A DNA stretch of 37,645 bases from a virus: the UHGV virus genome UHGV-0334473. One strand, given 5' to 3'. The position numbers were made by a program, and so were the translations under genes. Below are positions 19,863 through 27,156 of this stretch, piece after piece. The notes under the pieces were generated by a model. The model saw nothing but the letters and a program-made list of their open reading frames with translations. It searched no databases and was not told the origin of the DNA. How positions within the stretch are numbered: the first letter of the stretch is position 1; every line of letters begins with the position of its first letter.

Positions 19863-20312
19863 ATGACAGATATCGTAAAAATAAAACAAAGCGGTGTACA
19901 GGTTTATCCACAAACTCATTGGAATGCTATAGAAGGCAAACCAACAACGGTGAAGGGAGATAAAGGCGATCCTGGCCAAGCAGCAACAATTACCATAGGA
20001 ACCGTTTCTAGTGGTTCAACCGCTTCTGTTACGAATGTAGGAACATCATCTGCAGCTAGATTTAATTTTGTTTTACCAAAGGGAGATAAAGGTGATCCTG
20101 GAATAAATGCCACAACTACAGCTGTAGCTACAACTACAGCAAATGGGTTGATGTCGTCCACAGATAAAACTAAGTTGGATGGAATTGCAGCTGGAGCACA
20201 GAAAAATCCAGGTAATGCTACAACTACGACAGCAGGTTTAATGTCAGCAACCGATAAAGTGAAACTTGATGGATTAGCGAATATTACATTTGAGAAAGTG
20301 GGGACTGTCTAA
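19863..20312 (+). CDS. collagen-like tail fibre protein
   Basis: Two GDKGDPG collagen-like triplet motifs plus two AGLMS(A/S)TDK(T/V)KLDG repeats; ends NITFEKVGTV. Confidence 0.65.
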   Translation: MTDIVKIKQSGVQVYPQTHWNAIEGKPTTVKGDKGDPGQAATITIGTVSSGSTASVTNVGTSSAARFNFVLPKGDKGDPGINATTTAVATTTANGLMSSTDKTKLDGIAAGAQKNPGNATTTTAGLMSATDKVKLDGLANITFEKVGTV

Positions 20313-20821
20313 TGTCTGATATTGTGCAATTAAAAGAAAATGGCGTTCCTAAATATTTAAAAACTCATGCCGATGCTATAGACGGTGTCGATGGAAAGTT
20401 GGTAAGAGCAACTGGGAATGAAACAATCCTTGGTACCAAAAATTTTCAAGATGGGATACAAGTAGCAGGTAAAAAACCGGTTTTGACTAAAGCAACCACA
20501 GACTATGCAATGGTGGATAGGCATAACAATGCTTCGGTAATGTCAGATGGCTCATTGAAATTATATCGAAGAGGTGATTTAGTCTATCTAACAGGATCAT
20601 TTAAGCTGTCAGCTGGTAAATACAATCAGGGCGTTTGGTTCGATATACCTTCGTGGTCTTATCCTATAGAATCTGTCAGGATATATGGTAAATCAGGTGA
20701 TAAAGTATGCTTATTATTTATAAATCTAGTTGATAACAATAATATTGTTTGTGTGGATAATATTGCGAAGGATTCGTGGATTACAGCATCGGCTTGCTGG
20801 ATGGCTAGAAATCCATATTAA
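20312..20821 (+). CDS. tail fibre / putative receptor-binding protein
   Basis: Shares N-terminal motif (M-S/T-DIV-x-x-K-x-x-GV-x-x-Y-x-x-TH-x-x-AI-x-G) with 19863 gene; unique C-terminal domain. Confidence 0.5.
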   Translation: MSDIVQLKENGVPKYLKTHADAIDGVDGKLVRATGNETILGTKNFQDGIQVAGKKPVLTKATTDYAMVDRHNNASVMSDGSLKLYRRGDLVYLTGSFKLSAGKYNQGVWFDIPSWSYPIESVRIYGKSGDKVCLLFINLVDNNNIVCVDNIAKDSWITASACWMARNPY

Positions 20822-20835
20822 GGGAGGAAAACAAA

Positions 20836-21243
20836 ATGAAGATAGTTTACAAAGTATTATATCCACTAGGTTACGAAGAACACGAAGTAGAGGATAATTT
20901 CCCAACTGGTTTACCTTTTGTAGAAGTTCCACCTATTTTGTTTGAGAAGAAGGAAGATGAGACGGATGAAGCTTTCGGAAGAAGACAACAGTCGCAATTC
21001 TTTAACTTCACTGAAAATAAGTGGGAAGAAGCAGTTACACAAGATTATTCAAAAAAATTAGAACTACTAGAAAATTTATCTATAGGTTTACAGGTAGATA
21101 ATGCTGCATTGAAAAAATCAAATGAAGAGTTAACGGAAAAAGCAGATTCGATGGCGCAGTTGAACGCCAAACTGATGCTTAATGATTTAACAATTAATAA
21201 AAAAATTGAAGCAATAGAAAAACAAATTGGAGGTGCTTCATAA
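20836..21243 (+). CDS. hypothetical protein (XkdW-like position)
   Basis: 135 aa between fibres and XkdX-like ORF. Confidence 0.45.
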   Translation: MKIVYKVLYPLGYEEHEVEDNFPTGLPFVEVPPILFEKKEDETDEAFGRRQQSQFFNFTENKWEEAVTQDYSKKLELLENLSIGLQVDNAALKKSNEELTEKADSMAQLNAKLMLNDLTINKKIEAIEKQIGGAS

Positions 21244-21380
21244 TGTTTAGTTTTAGCGATGTGAAAATGATGTATGATTGGGGCTGTTTTACTGACGATC
21301 AAGTTCGACAATTCGTTCCACTATGCATTACAGACGAAGAAGCAGATAAAATCATTAGCAAAGAAGAGAGCGCATCTTAA
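21243..21380 (+). CDS. XkdX-family small protein (45 aa), not in ORF track
   Basis: MFSFSDVKMMYDWGCFTDDQVRQFVPLCITDEEADKIISKEESAS matches XkdX pattern (yeWG.yt.eqv..fV..g.IT.eey..I); TAATG coupling. Confidence 0.55.
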   Translation: MFSFSDVKMMYDWGCFTDDQVRQFVPLCITDEEADKIISKEESAS

Positions 21381-21400
21381 TTGATGTGCTTTTTATTTTG
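21369..21400 (+). terminator. intrinsic terminator (AGCGCATC-ttaatt-GATGTGCT + TTTTTATTTTG)
   Basis: Hairpin with one G-U pair then T-run; shares conserved T-tail with 991-1000, 1753-1762, 7471-7481. Confidence 0.5.
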
Positions 21401-21417
21401 ATTCAAGGAGTTGTCAC

Positions 21418-21711
21418 ATGATTAATTTAGGGGAATGGGGAACAATCGCAGGATCAATCACTGCGATTGTTTCTTTGATTTTATTAGTAATAAAACCAAT
21501 TACTGCATCTTTCTCGAAGATTACTGAGACTCTTTCAAAAGTAAGTCACAATTTAGATTTGCTTACTAAAGATTTAGAATCGAGCAAATCAGATCGATTG
21601 ATGATTCATGAAGAACTAAAGAAACACGATGAAAGATTAGATACACATACAGAAAAATTGGTGGAACACACGCAACAAATCAAAACTTTGTTTAGGGAGA
21701 GAAGAAAATGA
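21418..21711 (+). CDS. membrane/coiled-coil protein of the lysis cassette (possible holin accessory)
   Basis: N-terminal TM helix then heptad-rich C-terminus; overlaps holin start. Confidence 0.45.
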   Translation: MINLGEWGTIAGSITAIVSLILLVIKPITASFSKITETLSKVSHNLDLLTKDLESSKSDRLMIHEELKKHDERLDTHTEKLVEHTQQIKTLFRERRK

Positions 21712-21932
21712 ATAATAAAACGTTCGAAGTACTAAAATGGTTCGCACTGGTAATTATTCCCGCACTAGCTACTTTCGTGGGGTTAGTTGGTAAAGCGCTC
21801 AATTGGCAGTACACAGATATCTGTGTTGTCATCATTACTGGTTTTGGCGCGTTTTTAGGGAGTGTGTTGGGTGTATCAAATCGAACCTACAAAATGTTCT
21901 CGGCTGAAAGCGAAGAAGGAGGAAACAAATGA
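21708..21932 (+). CDS. holin (two TM; phi LC3-family-like)
   Basis: 74 aa, two hydrophobic helices, charged C-terminus, immediately upstream of endolysin. Confidence 0.65.
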   Translation: MNNKTFEVLKWFALVIIPALATFVGLVGKALNWQYTDICVVIITGFGAFLGSVLGVSNRTYKMFSAESEEGGNK

Positions 21933-22948
21933 AAAAGAAAATTACTATTACTGCGGTGAGCCTATTAACGGCTCTTTTTTTATTGCCAATTAACGGATTT
22001 GCCTATACTATCAACAATGAATTTAATTTGGGCCCAAACGAAGGTAGCTCACAAGTAGCAAATAATCAGTACATTTTACTGCATGAAACAGCTAATGAAA
22101 CAGCAACAGGACGCAATGAAGCGCAGTATATGCAACGTTCATGGACTAGTGCTTACACTGCTTACATTGTGGGTGATGGCGGAATTGTTTACCAAGTTGG
22201 ACAACCTGGTTATGTACAGTATGGTGCTGGTTCATATGCTAATGCCAACAGTCCTGTGCAAATCGAGTTACAACACACACATAATAAAGCAACTTTTGAA
22301 AAGAACTATAAAGCATATGTTGAATTGGCAAGAGATTCAGCAATGAAATATGGTATTCCATTAACATTGGACACTCCTTATAACCAACCAGGAATCAAAT
22401 CACATTTATGGGTAACGCAAAATATCTGGGGAGATCATACAGATCCTTACGGTTATCTTTCTGAAATGGGCGTAAGTAAAGAAAAATTAGCATATGATTT
22501 AGCTCATGGATTTACCGATGAAAATCCGACAACTTCAGATGATAAACCAGTCATTGATCCAACACGAGCTGGTGCAGCAAATCCTACGCTGACAGATGGA
22601 ACGAATCATTCTCATATTGATCAGTTTGGGGAAATAGAAAATGCAAACTTGCACGTCGCTGGCTGGCACATCGCTAACTATAAATACGAGTACATTTTTA
22701 TCATGGACTATAATACTGGGAAAGAATTAGCTAGAGTAAAAGCTGATGGAATTTATAGACCGGATGTAAATCAAGCGTATGGGACATCTGGAAATGTTGG
22801 CTATCATGTATCTTTTAACATGCGTAACTTCCCTAATAAGAAAGTCTATGTCATGATGCGGGCAACGAATGATCCAGAGGGAAACACTAAAGGCGGTGCG
22901 CAAGATTTCCATGACAAACGTTGGTATTTAAATATTCCTAAACGATAA
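21929..22948 (+). CDS. endolysin: N-acetylmuramoyl-L-alanine amidase (Amidase_2-like) with N-terminal signal peptide and C-terminal wall-binding domain
   Basis: MKKKITITAVSLLTALFLLPINGFA signal-like N-terminus; ILLHETAN...QIELQH amidase motifs. Confidence 0.75.
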   Translation: MKKKITITAVSLLTALFLLPINGFAYTINNEFNLGPNEGSSQVANNQYILLHETANETATGRNEAQYMQRSWTSAYTAYIVGDGGIVYQVGQPGYVQYGAGSYANANSPVQIELQHTHNKATFEKNYKAYVELARDSAMKYGIPLTLDTPYNQPGIKSHLWVTQNIWGDHTDPYGYLSEMGVSKEKLAYDLAHGFTDENPTTSDDKPVIDPTRAGAANPTLTDGTNHSHIDQFGEIENANLHVAGWHIANYKYEYIFIMDYNTGKELARVKADGIYRPDVNQAYGTSGNVGYHVSFNMRNFPNKKVYVMMRATNDPEGNTKGGAQDFHDKRWYLNIPKR

Positions 22949-22953
22949 AAATA

Positions 22954-22976
22954 GCTCCTCGTTGAGGAGCATTACA
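22954..22976 (+). terminator. weak terminator hairpin after endolysin (GCTCCTC-gtt-GAGGAGC)
   Basis: 7-bp GC stem, poor T-tract. Confidence 0.35.
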
Positions 22977-22984
22977 TAACTATA

Positions 22985-23014
22985 TTGACAACTATAAAAA
23001 TCATTCGATAAAAT
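22985..23014 (+). promoter_or_regulatory. sigma-A-like promoter (TTGACA-18-TAAAAT) upstream of tRNA leader
   Basis: Consensus -35 and good -10. Confidence 0.45.
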
Positions 23015-23136
23015 AGTGATGTTATCGCATATCTTCACTATCACCCATAATAGTCACACTCCAAGCTATGCGATAACAGGTTTGTTGCCACACATTCTAC
23101 TGGTTGATTGTTTATGGCTTTATGTGGCAACAACCA

Positions 23137-23210
23137 GTACCCTTAGCTCAGTTGGTCAGAGCAGACGGCTCATAACCGTCCGGTCGTAGGTTCGAGTCCT
23201 ACAGGGTACA
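23137..23210 (+). tRNA. tRNA with CAT anticodon (elongator tRNA-Met or lysidine-type tRNA-Ile2), 74 nt, no encoded CCA
   Basis: Manual cloverleaf: 7-bp acceptor GTACCCT/AGGGTAC, D arm GCTC/GAGC, anticodon stem GACGG/CCGTC with loop CTCATAA, T arm GTAGG-TTCGAGT-CCTAC; G1-C72 paired so not initiator. Confidence 0.8.
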
Positions 23211-23247
23211 TAATTTAATCTATTTGATAAAAAATAAAATTCAATAA

Positions 23248-23256
23248 TGGTATAAT
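23248..23256 (+). promoter_or_regulatory. extended -10 promoter (TGGTATAAT) for toxin mRNA (RNA I-like)
   Basis: Perfect TGnTATAAT about 50 nt upstream of the toxin SD. Confidence 0.5.
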
Positions 23257-23308
23257 AAAATGTCGGCTCGTCGCTTCCACAGAGATTTTCGTGGGAGGAG
23301 GTGTATGA

Positions 23309-23398
23309 TTTGTTTGAATTCACTTTGGAGCACGTGCTCTTGCCATTGTTAATTGGTTTAACTTTGGCATTATTTAGTCATTGGCTAGATAAACATTA
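23309..23398 (+). CDS. Fst/Ldr-like type I toxin peptide (29 aa: MFEFTLEHVLLPLLIGLTLALFSHWLDKH)
   Basis: TTG 8 nt after GGAGG; single TM helix plus charged tail; ALFSHWL resembles Fst-family motif; followed by intrinsic terminator. Confidence 0.55.
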
Positions 23399-23410
23399 GA
23401 GCCGACAATG

Positions 23411-23446
23411 GCGCTTACTGTTTCGCAGCGGTAAGCGTCTTTTTTT
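23411..23446 (+). terminator. intrinsic terminator of toxin mRNA (GCGCTTAC...GTAAGCGT + T7)
   Basis: 8-bp stem and T7 run. Confidence 0.65.
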
Positions 23447-23487
23447 GAAAAAGAAAAAAACACAACGTATTCGCAGGTACGTTGTGT
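23447..23487 (-). terminator. minus-strand intrinsic terminator (ACACAACGT-loop-ACGTTGTGT + U-run) serving antisense RNA and integrase
   Basis: Perfect 9-bp stem followed on the minus strand by TTTTTTTCTTTTTC. Confidence 0.6.
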
Positions 23488-23519
23488 TTATGGTGTATAT
23501 TTGTTTAAATTCACTTTCA
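23450..23519 (-). ncRNA. candidate RNA II-like antitoxin sRNA (about 65-70 nt) complementary to the toxin start region
   Basis: Minus-strand TTGACA-16-TATAAT promoter at 23526-23553; contains repeat 23499-23517 matching 23307-23325 (18/19) over the toxin start codon; ends at minus-strand terminator. Confidence 0.45.
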
Positions 23520-23573
23520 ATTATTATTATACTTGTTAAATAAATTGTGTCAATATAAAAGATATTTTTATAC

Positions 23574-23619
23574 GTGTACTAACCTATATTATCCTTCCGG
23601 AATATATAAGTTAGTACAC
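23574..23619. other. candidate attP of the serine integrase (46-bp imperfect palindrome, 19/23 symmetric positions, asymmetric centre TC)
   Basis: GTGTACTAACCTATATTATCCTTCCGGAATATATAAGTTAGTACAC lies 5 bp from the integrase stop codon. Confidence 0.5.
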
Positions 23620-23624
23620 ATAAA

Positions 23625-24977
23625 TTATATAAGGAAATTTACTGTTATATTGCCATCTGGAAATACTATTATGTTATCGATAATTGAACGCCATAATGCA
23701 TTTTTTTCTTCTTCCGAAGATTCTTTATAAATTTCATCGAATTCTTTTGATAGAATAAATTCGACATTTTTTATATCTATTTTAGCTGGCTCTACTTCAA
23801 TTTCATTTAATTCTTTCATTAAAGCTTCTCGATCTTTTTTGTATTCCTCTAAGTCTATAACTTCATTCAAGTAGGCTTTCTTCAATCTATCTAATTTATT
23901 CTCAATATTTTTCTTAATATTTTTCTTTTTAATAATCTTTGGTTGTTTTTTTGAATAGTTTATTTGTATTTGTTCAAATTTTTGTTTAGTAGCTTCAAAA
24001 ATATAACGTTCTAAATTTTTTTCGTAAAAAGCGCGCTTATTTGTGCAACGTAATTTATTATTTCTTCGTTTTACACATCTATAACAAGTCCTTTCGTATA
24101 TAGATTCTGTACCGTCTTTTTTCTTATATCTTGCTTTAATAGTTTGACCAGCTACTGATCCCTGACAGTCAGAACATTTTAATAAACCTTTAAAAATGTA
24201 ATCACGTTTTGCATTTGTTTTTAAATTTTTAGGTAAGGCTTTTTGAACAGCATAAAAAAGTTTTTTATCAATAATAGGAGGACAGTAATTTTTATTATTT
24301 CTTAATTCACCAATGTATTTTTTGTTCGTCAACATATTTTTAACACTTTGATAATCTCTAACGATTCCATACTGAGAGCCTAAATAATAAACAGTTTTTC
24401 TTAAACTACCACTAGAAAGAAAGTAGTTGAATATATCTATCACGATAGGAGCATCATCATTTATTACTAATTTCTTATTTTCTATAGAGTAGCCTAACGG
24501 AGTTTTCCCGCTTACTACTTCACCTTGTGCAATTTTATTTGCCATAACAGCTTTGATGCGTTCTGAATCAATTTGGGCTTCCAATTCAGCAAAACTCATT
24601 ACTTGTGCAATGAAAGTTCTGCCATACGCTGTAGTTGTATCATAATATTGTTGAGAAACAGCATTCCAAGAAACATTGTGTTTTTCTAAAATTTCTTGAG
24701 TGTTTAAATAATGTCGTAGATTTCTAAACCATCTATCTAATTTTGTAAATAAAATTAGATCTATTTTATTTTCTTTTACATCTTGTAATAGTTTTTGAAA
24801 TTCATCACGATTTATTTTTTGACCAGAAATACCACCGTCTACATATTCATTAACTACTTTCAAATCCTTGTGTTGTTCGATATATTCATAGAGGGTTTCT
24901 TTTTGTTCTCTAAGACTATCTCCATGTTTGGCTTGTTGTTCAGTTGATACTCTCATATATAATGCTACTCGTTTCAT
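23625..24977 (-). CDS. int: large serine recombinase (integrase)
   Basis: N-terminal resolvase catalytic motif YMRVSTEQQ; 450 aa with Cys-rich recombinase/zinc-ribbon region and C-terminal coiled coil; RBS AAGGAGA. Confidence 0.85.
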   Translation of the reverse strand: MKRVALYMRVSTEQQAKHGDSLREQKETLYEYIEQHKDLKVVNEYVDGGISGQKINRDEFQKLLQDVKENKIDLILFTKLDRWFRNLRHYLNTQEILEKHNVSWNAVSQQYYDTTTAYGRTFIAQVMSFAELEAQIDSERIKAVMANKIAQGEVVSGKTPLGYSIENKKLVINDDAPIVIDIFNYFLSSGSLRKTVYYLGSQYGIVRDYQSVKNMLTNKKYIGELRNNKNYCPPIIDKKLFYAVQKALPKNLKTNAKRDYIFKGLLKCSDCQGSVAGQTIKARYKKKDGTESIYERTCYRCVKRRNNKLRCTNKRAFYEKNLERYIFEATKQKFEQIQINYSKKQPKIIKKKNIKKNIENKLDRLKKAYLNEVIDLEEYKKDREALMKELNEIEVEPAKIDIKNVEFILSKEFDEIYKESSEEEKNALWRSIIDNIIVFPDGNITVNFLI

Positions 24978-25009
24978 GTTATCTCCTTTCGAATGTATGT
25001 TCTTATCGT

Positions 25010-25034
25010 TGTAAAAGAAAAGCCCGAAGGCTAA
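25010..25034 (-). terminator. weak minus-strand terminator after DUF4041 gene (AGCC-ttcg-GGCT + T-rich)
   Basis: Short stem with tetraloop followed by TTTTCTTTT on the minus strand. Confidence 0.35.
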
Positions 25035-25042
25035 TCTTTTTA

Positions 25043-26332
25043 CTACACATCTGTTAATTCTAATGATCTTCTGTATTGTTCAGCTTGAGCTAGTTTAGTA
25101 AAAGATACAGTTCCGTTATAATTTTCTAAAACAACTTTTTCAATTTCATCAAGAGATACTTTAAAGAATTCTTTTCGTTGATTAACTTTATTGACTTCGT
25201 TTTTTCTAAAATGCGAATGTAGTTGATTTTCTAATGTTGGTGCATCTTCTGAAAATATCATTGCATGAACATCAAATTCAAAAGGTACAGAAGCGCTACT
25301 AAGTTCCTTAATTCTATCCATAGGTTCTAACCGTCTAGTCATTCCTATTTTATAGACATCTTCACCGAAAGATCCGATATTACTGATGACATAAACATAG
25401 CCAGCTCTAGTATTAAGTTCTCTTTGCAATACATCTTCTTTGACAGTTTCTAGTTCTCTTAATTTCTCTTCCAGTTCTTTAATTTTATCAGCATAGAGTT
25501 CTTTTTCAACATCAGCACTAGCTTTTTGCATGTATGCCATTAACTTAGTTATCTCTGAGTTAAACTGTCGTTCTTCTTTATCAATGCGTTTCTTTTCACG
25601 TTCTATTTCACGTCTTACCTTTTCTTCTTCAATCATTTGTTCTTTTATTGCTTTTTGCTGTTCTTTTTCATCGTTAACTTTAACTATGTATGAATAGTTG
25701 AGTTCTAATTCTTGAAGTTTTAATTCAAGTAATTCTTTTTTGAATTCTGCTTCATCGTTTTTAAAAAGCTTGTTTATTTTATCAAAAGTTCTTATAATTT
25801 TTTCTCTAGTTGAATCTACGTTAGAAATAGTAAGTTTATTGAGAAGTCCAGTTATTTCTGATTCTAATGGTATAAGCATTTTCTTTTTAATATTATTAGC
25901 TTCTCTATTATTCAAATAAGAAGGAATATTAATTGCACCGTCTAAAATAAAATCCTTTTCTTTAATCTTTAATAAAGAAAGTTTGTTTTTTATTTCGGAT
26001 GAAGAAGTTTCATCTATATTCGGAATAATTACTGATTTATAGATAGTGACCAGAGATGTGTCATATTTTTGATTAATTTCATCGTCTAACCGCTGGCTTT
26101 CAGCATTAAGAATATCAATTTTGTTTTCTAGCGTTGACAAGTTTTTATTCAATTTACTTATGTTTTTCTCTTTTTCAGATATAAACGTTTCCCTAGCATT
26201 TAATTCTTGAGAATATTCCTTTACCTTACTCTCTAAGGCAGAAGTTTTATCTTTTAATTTTTTAGCTTCAGATAATTTGCTACTACCCATAATTATTAAA
26301 ACTATTCCAACTAAAAACAATAGTACTCCCAT
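25043..26332 (-). CDS. membrane-anchored coiled-coil protein with C-terminal T5orf172 (GIY-YIG-like) domain, DUF4041-type architecture; moron between int and repressor
   Basis: N-terminal TM helix, about 280 aa of heptad-rich sequence, C-terminal AGYVYVISN...YKIGMTRRLEPMDRIKELSSASVPFEFDVH...LHSHF...KEFFKV matching T5orf172 consensus. Confidence 0.65.
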   Translation of the reverse strand: MGVLLFLVGIVLIIMGSSKLSEAKKLKDKTSALESKVKEYSQELNARETFISEKEKNISKLNKNLSTLENKIDILNAESQRLDDEINQKYDTSLVTIYKSVIIPNIDETSSSEIKNKLSLLKIKEKDFILDGAINIPSYLNNREANNIKKKMLIPLESEITGLLNKLTISNVDSTREKIIRTFDKINKLFKNDEAEFKKELLELKLQELELNYSYIVKVNDEKEQQKAIKEQMIEEEKVRREIEREKKRIDKEERQFNSEITKLMAYMQKASADVEKELYADKIKELEEKLRELETVKEDVLQRELNTRAGYVYVISNIGSFGEDVYKIGMTRRLEPMDRIKELSSASVPFEFDVHAMIFSEDAPTLENQLHSHFRKNEVNKVNQRKEFFKVSLDEIEKVVLENYNGTVSFTKLAQAEQYRRSLELTDV

Positions 26333-26418
26333 TCAAAACGCCTCGCTTCTTTTATAAAATAATTGTCAAAATCATATAAACCCTTACCGAAGTTGACGGC
26401 TCCGGCATGGGAATTTTT

Positions 26419-27123
26419 TTAAAATACAACTTTTCCGATAATTCTAATCTGTTCTGGCGATACAATTCTATCTTCGTATAAGTCGTTTATAGAACGTAAA
26501 ATGATTGTTTGATTTTCGTAATCTTTATATATCTCTTTACATGTAACTCCGTCACCACCTAATTCCACAATAGCAATTTCCCCATCTTCTACGTCCGGTT
26601 GTTCTTTAACGAATACGAATTGTCCATTCCTGATAACAGGTTCCATTGAATCGCCTATAATAGGTACTGCGAAGTCAGCAGCACTTGGAACTCTCTCAAA
26701 TTCTTCCTCTTCGACAACCGTATCACCGTAAGTAAGTTCTGTTGGATTGGCAGCCGAAGCCGAATTGTGAACAGTTGGGATTTTTTCTTTTTTAGGAAAA
26801 TCTAGGACATTTTCTTGTTTTTGTTCTTCTAATCGATTACTTGCAAATTCATAGGTAGCAACTTTATTTTCGTCGTTAAGCTGATTATATATAGGAAGGA
26901 TATTATATATCTGATTAGATATAGATAAATCAATATTCATCAAATCATCTATATCAACATTGAATATCTTAGCTATCTCATTTAAGGTTTTTAATTTTGG
27001 TGTATATTTTCCTTTTTCCCATTCGCTTATTGAGGATGAACTTTTTCTTCCTAGTTTTTCGGCTAGTTCTTGTTGATCAATATTATACTTTTCTCTAAGA
27101 AACTTTAGATTTTCAGCGAACAT
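26419..27123 (-). CDS. CI-like repressor: XRE HTH + S24 (LexA-like) peptidase domain
   Basis: HTH in N-terminus; C-terminal GDSMEP...K dyad region; ATG at 27123 after AAGGAGGTG (track start 27153 in frame upstream). Confidence 0.8.
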   Translation of the reverse strand: MFAENLKFLREKYNIDQQELAEKLGRKSSSSISEWEKGKYTPKLKTLNEIAKIFNVDIDDLMNIDLSISNQIYNILPIYNQLNDENKVATYEFASNRLEEQKQENVLDFPKKEKIPTVHNSASAANPTELTYGDTVVEEEEFERVPSAADFAVPIIGDSMEPVIRNGQFVFVKEQPDVEDGEIAIVELGGDGVTCKEIYKDYENQTIILRSINDLYEDRIVSPEQIRIIGKVVF

Positions 27124-27156
27124 AGTAACACCTCCTTGAGTTAATTGTAACACCGT

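Noticed and set aside
23082-23133. 52-bp inverted repeat next to the tRNA as the attP
   Set aside because: Only the outer 11 bp are symmetric and the inner 28 bp show no dyad symmetry. It also lies 490 bp from int, so the 46-bp palindrome at 23574-23619 is a much better attP candidate. It is kept as a tRNA-leader element.
23137-23210. tRNA as the integration target (tyrosine-integrase style attP core inside the tRNA 3' end)
   Set aside because: The adjacent recombinase is a large serine recombinase. These use short palindromic att sites (candidate at 23574-23619), and the tRNA is full-length with its own promoter.
23533-23730. 65-aa plus-strand ORF overlapping the integrase 3' end and attP candidate
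   Set aside because: No RBS; antisense to int and to the predicted antisense-RNA promoter; composition typical of a random AT-rich frame.
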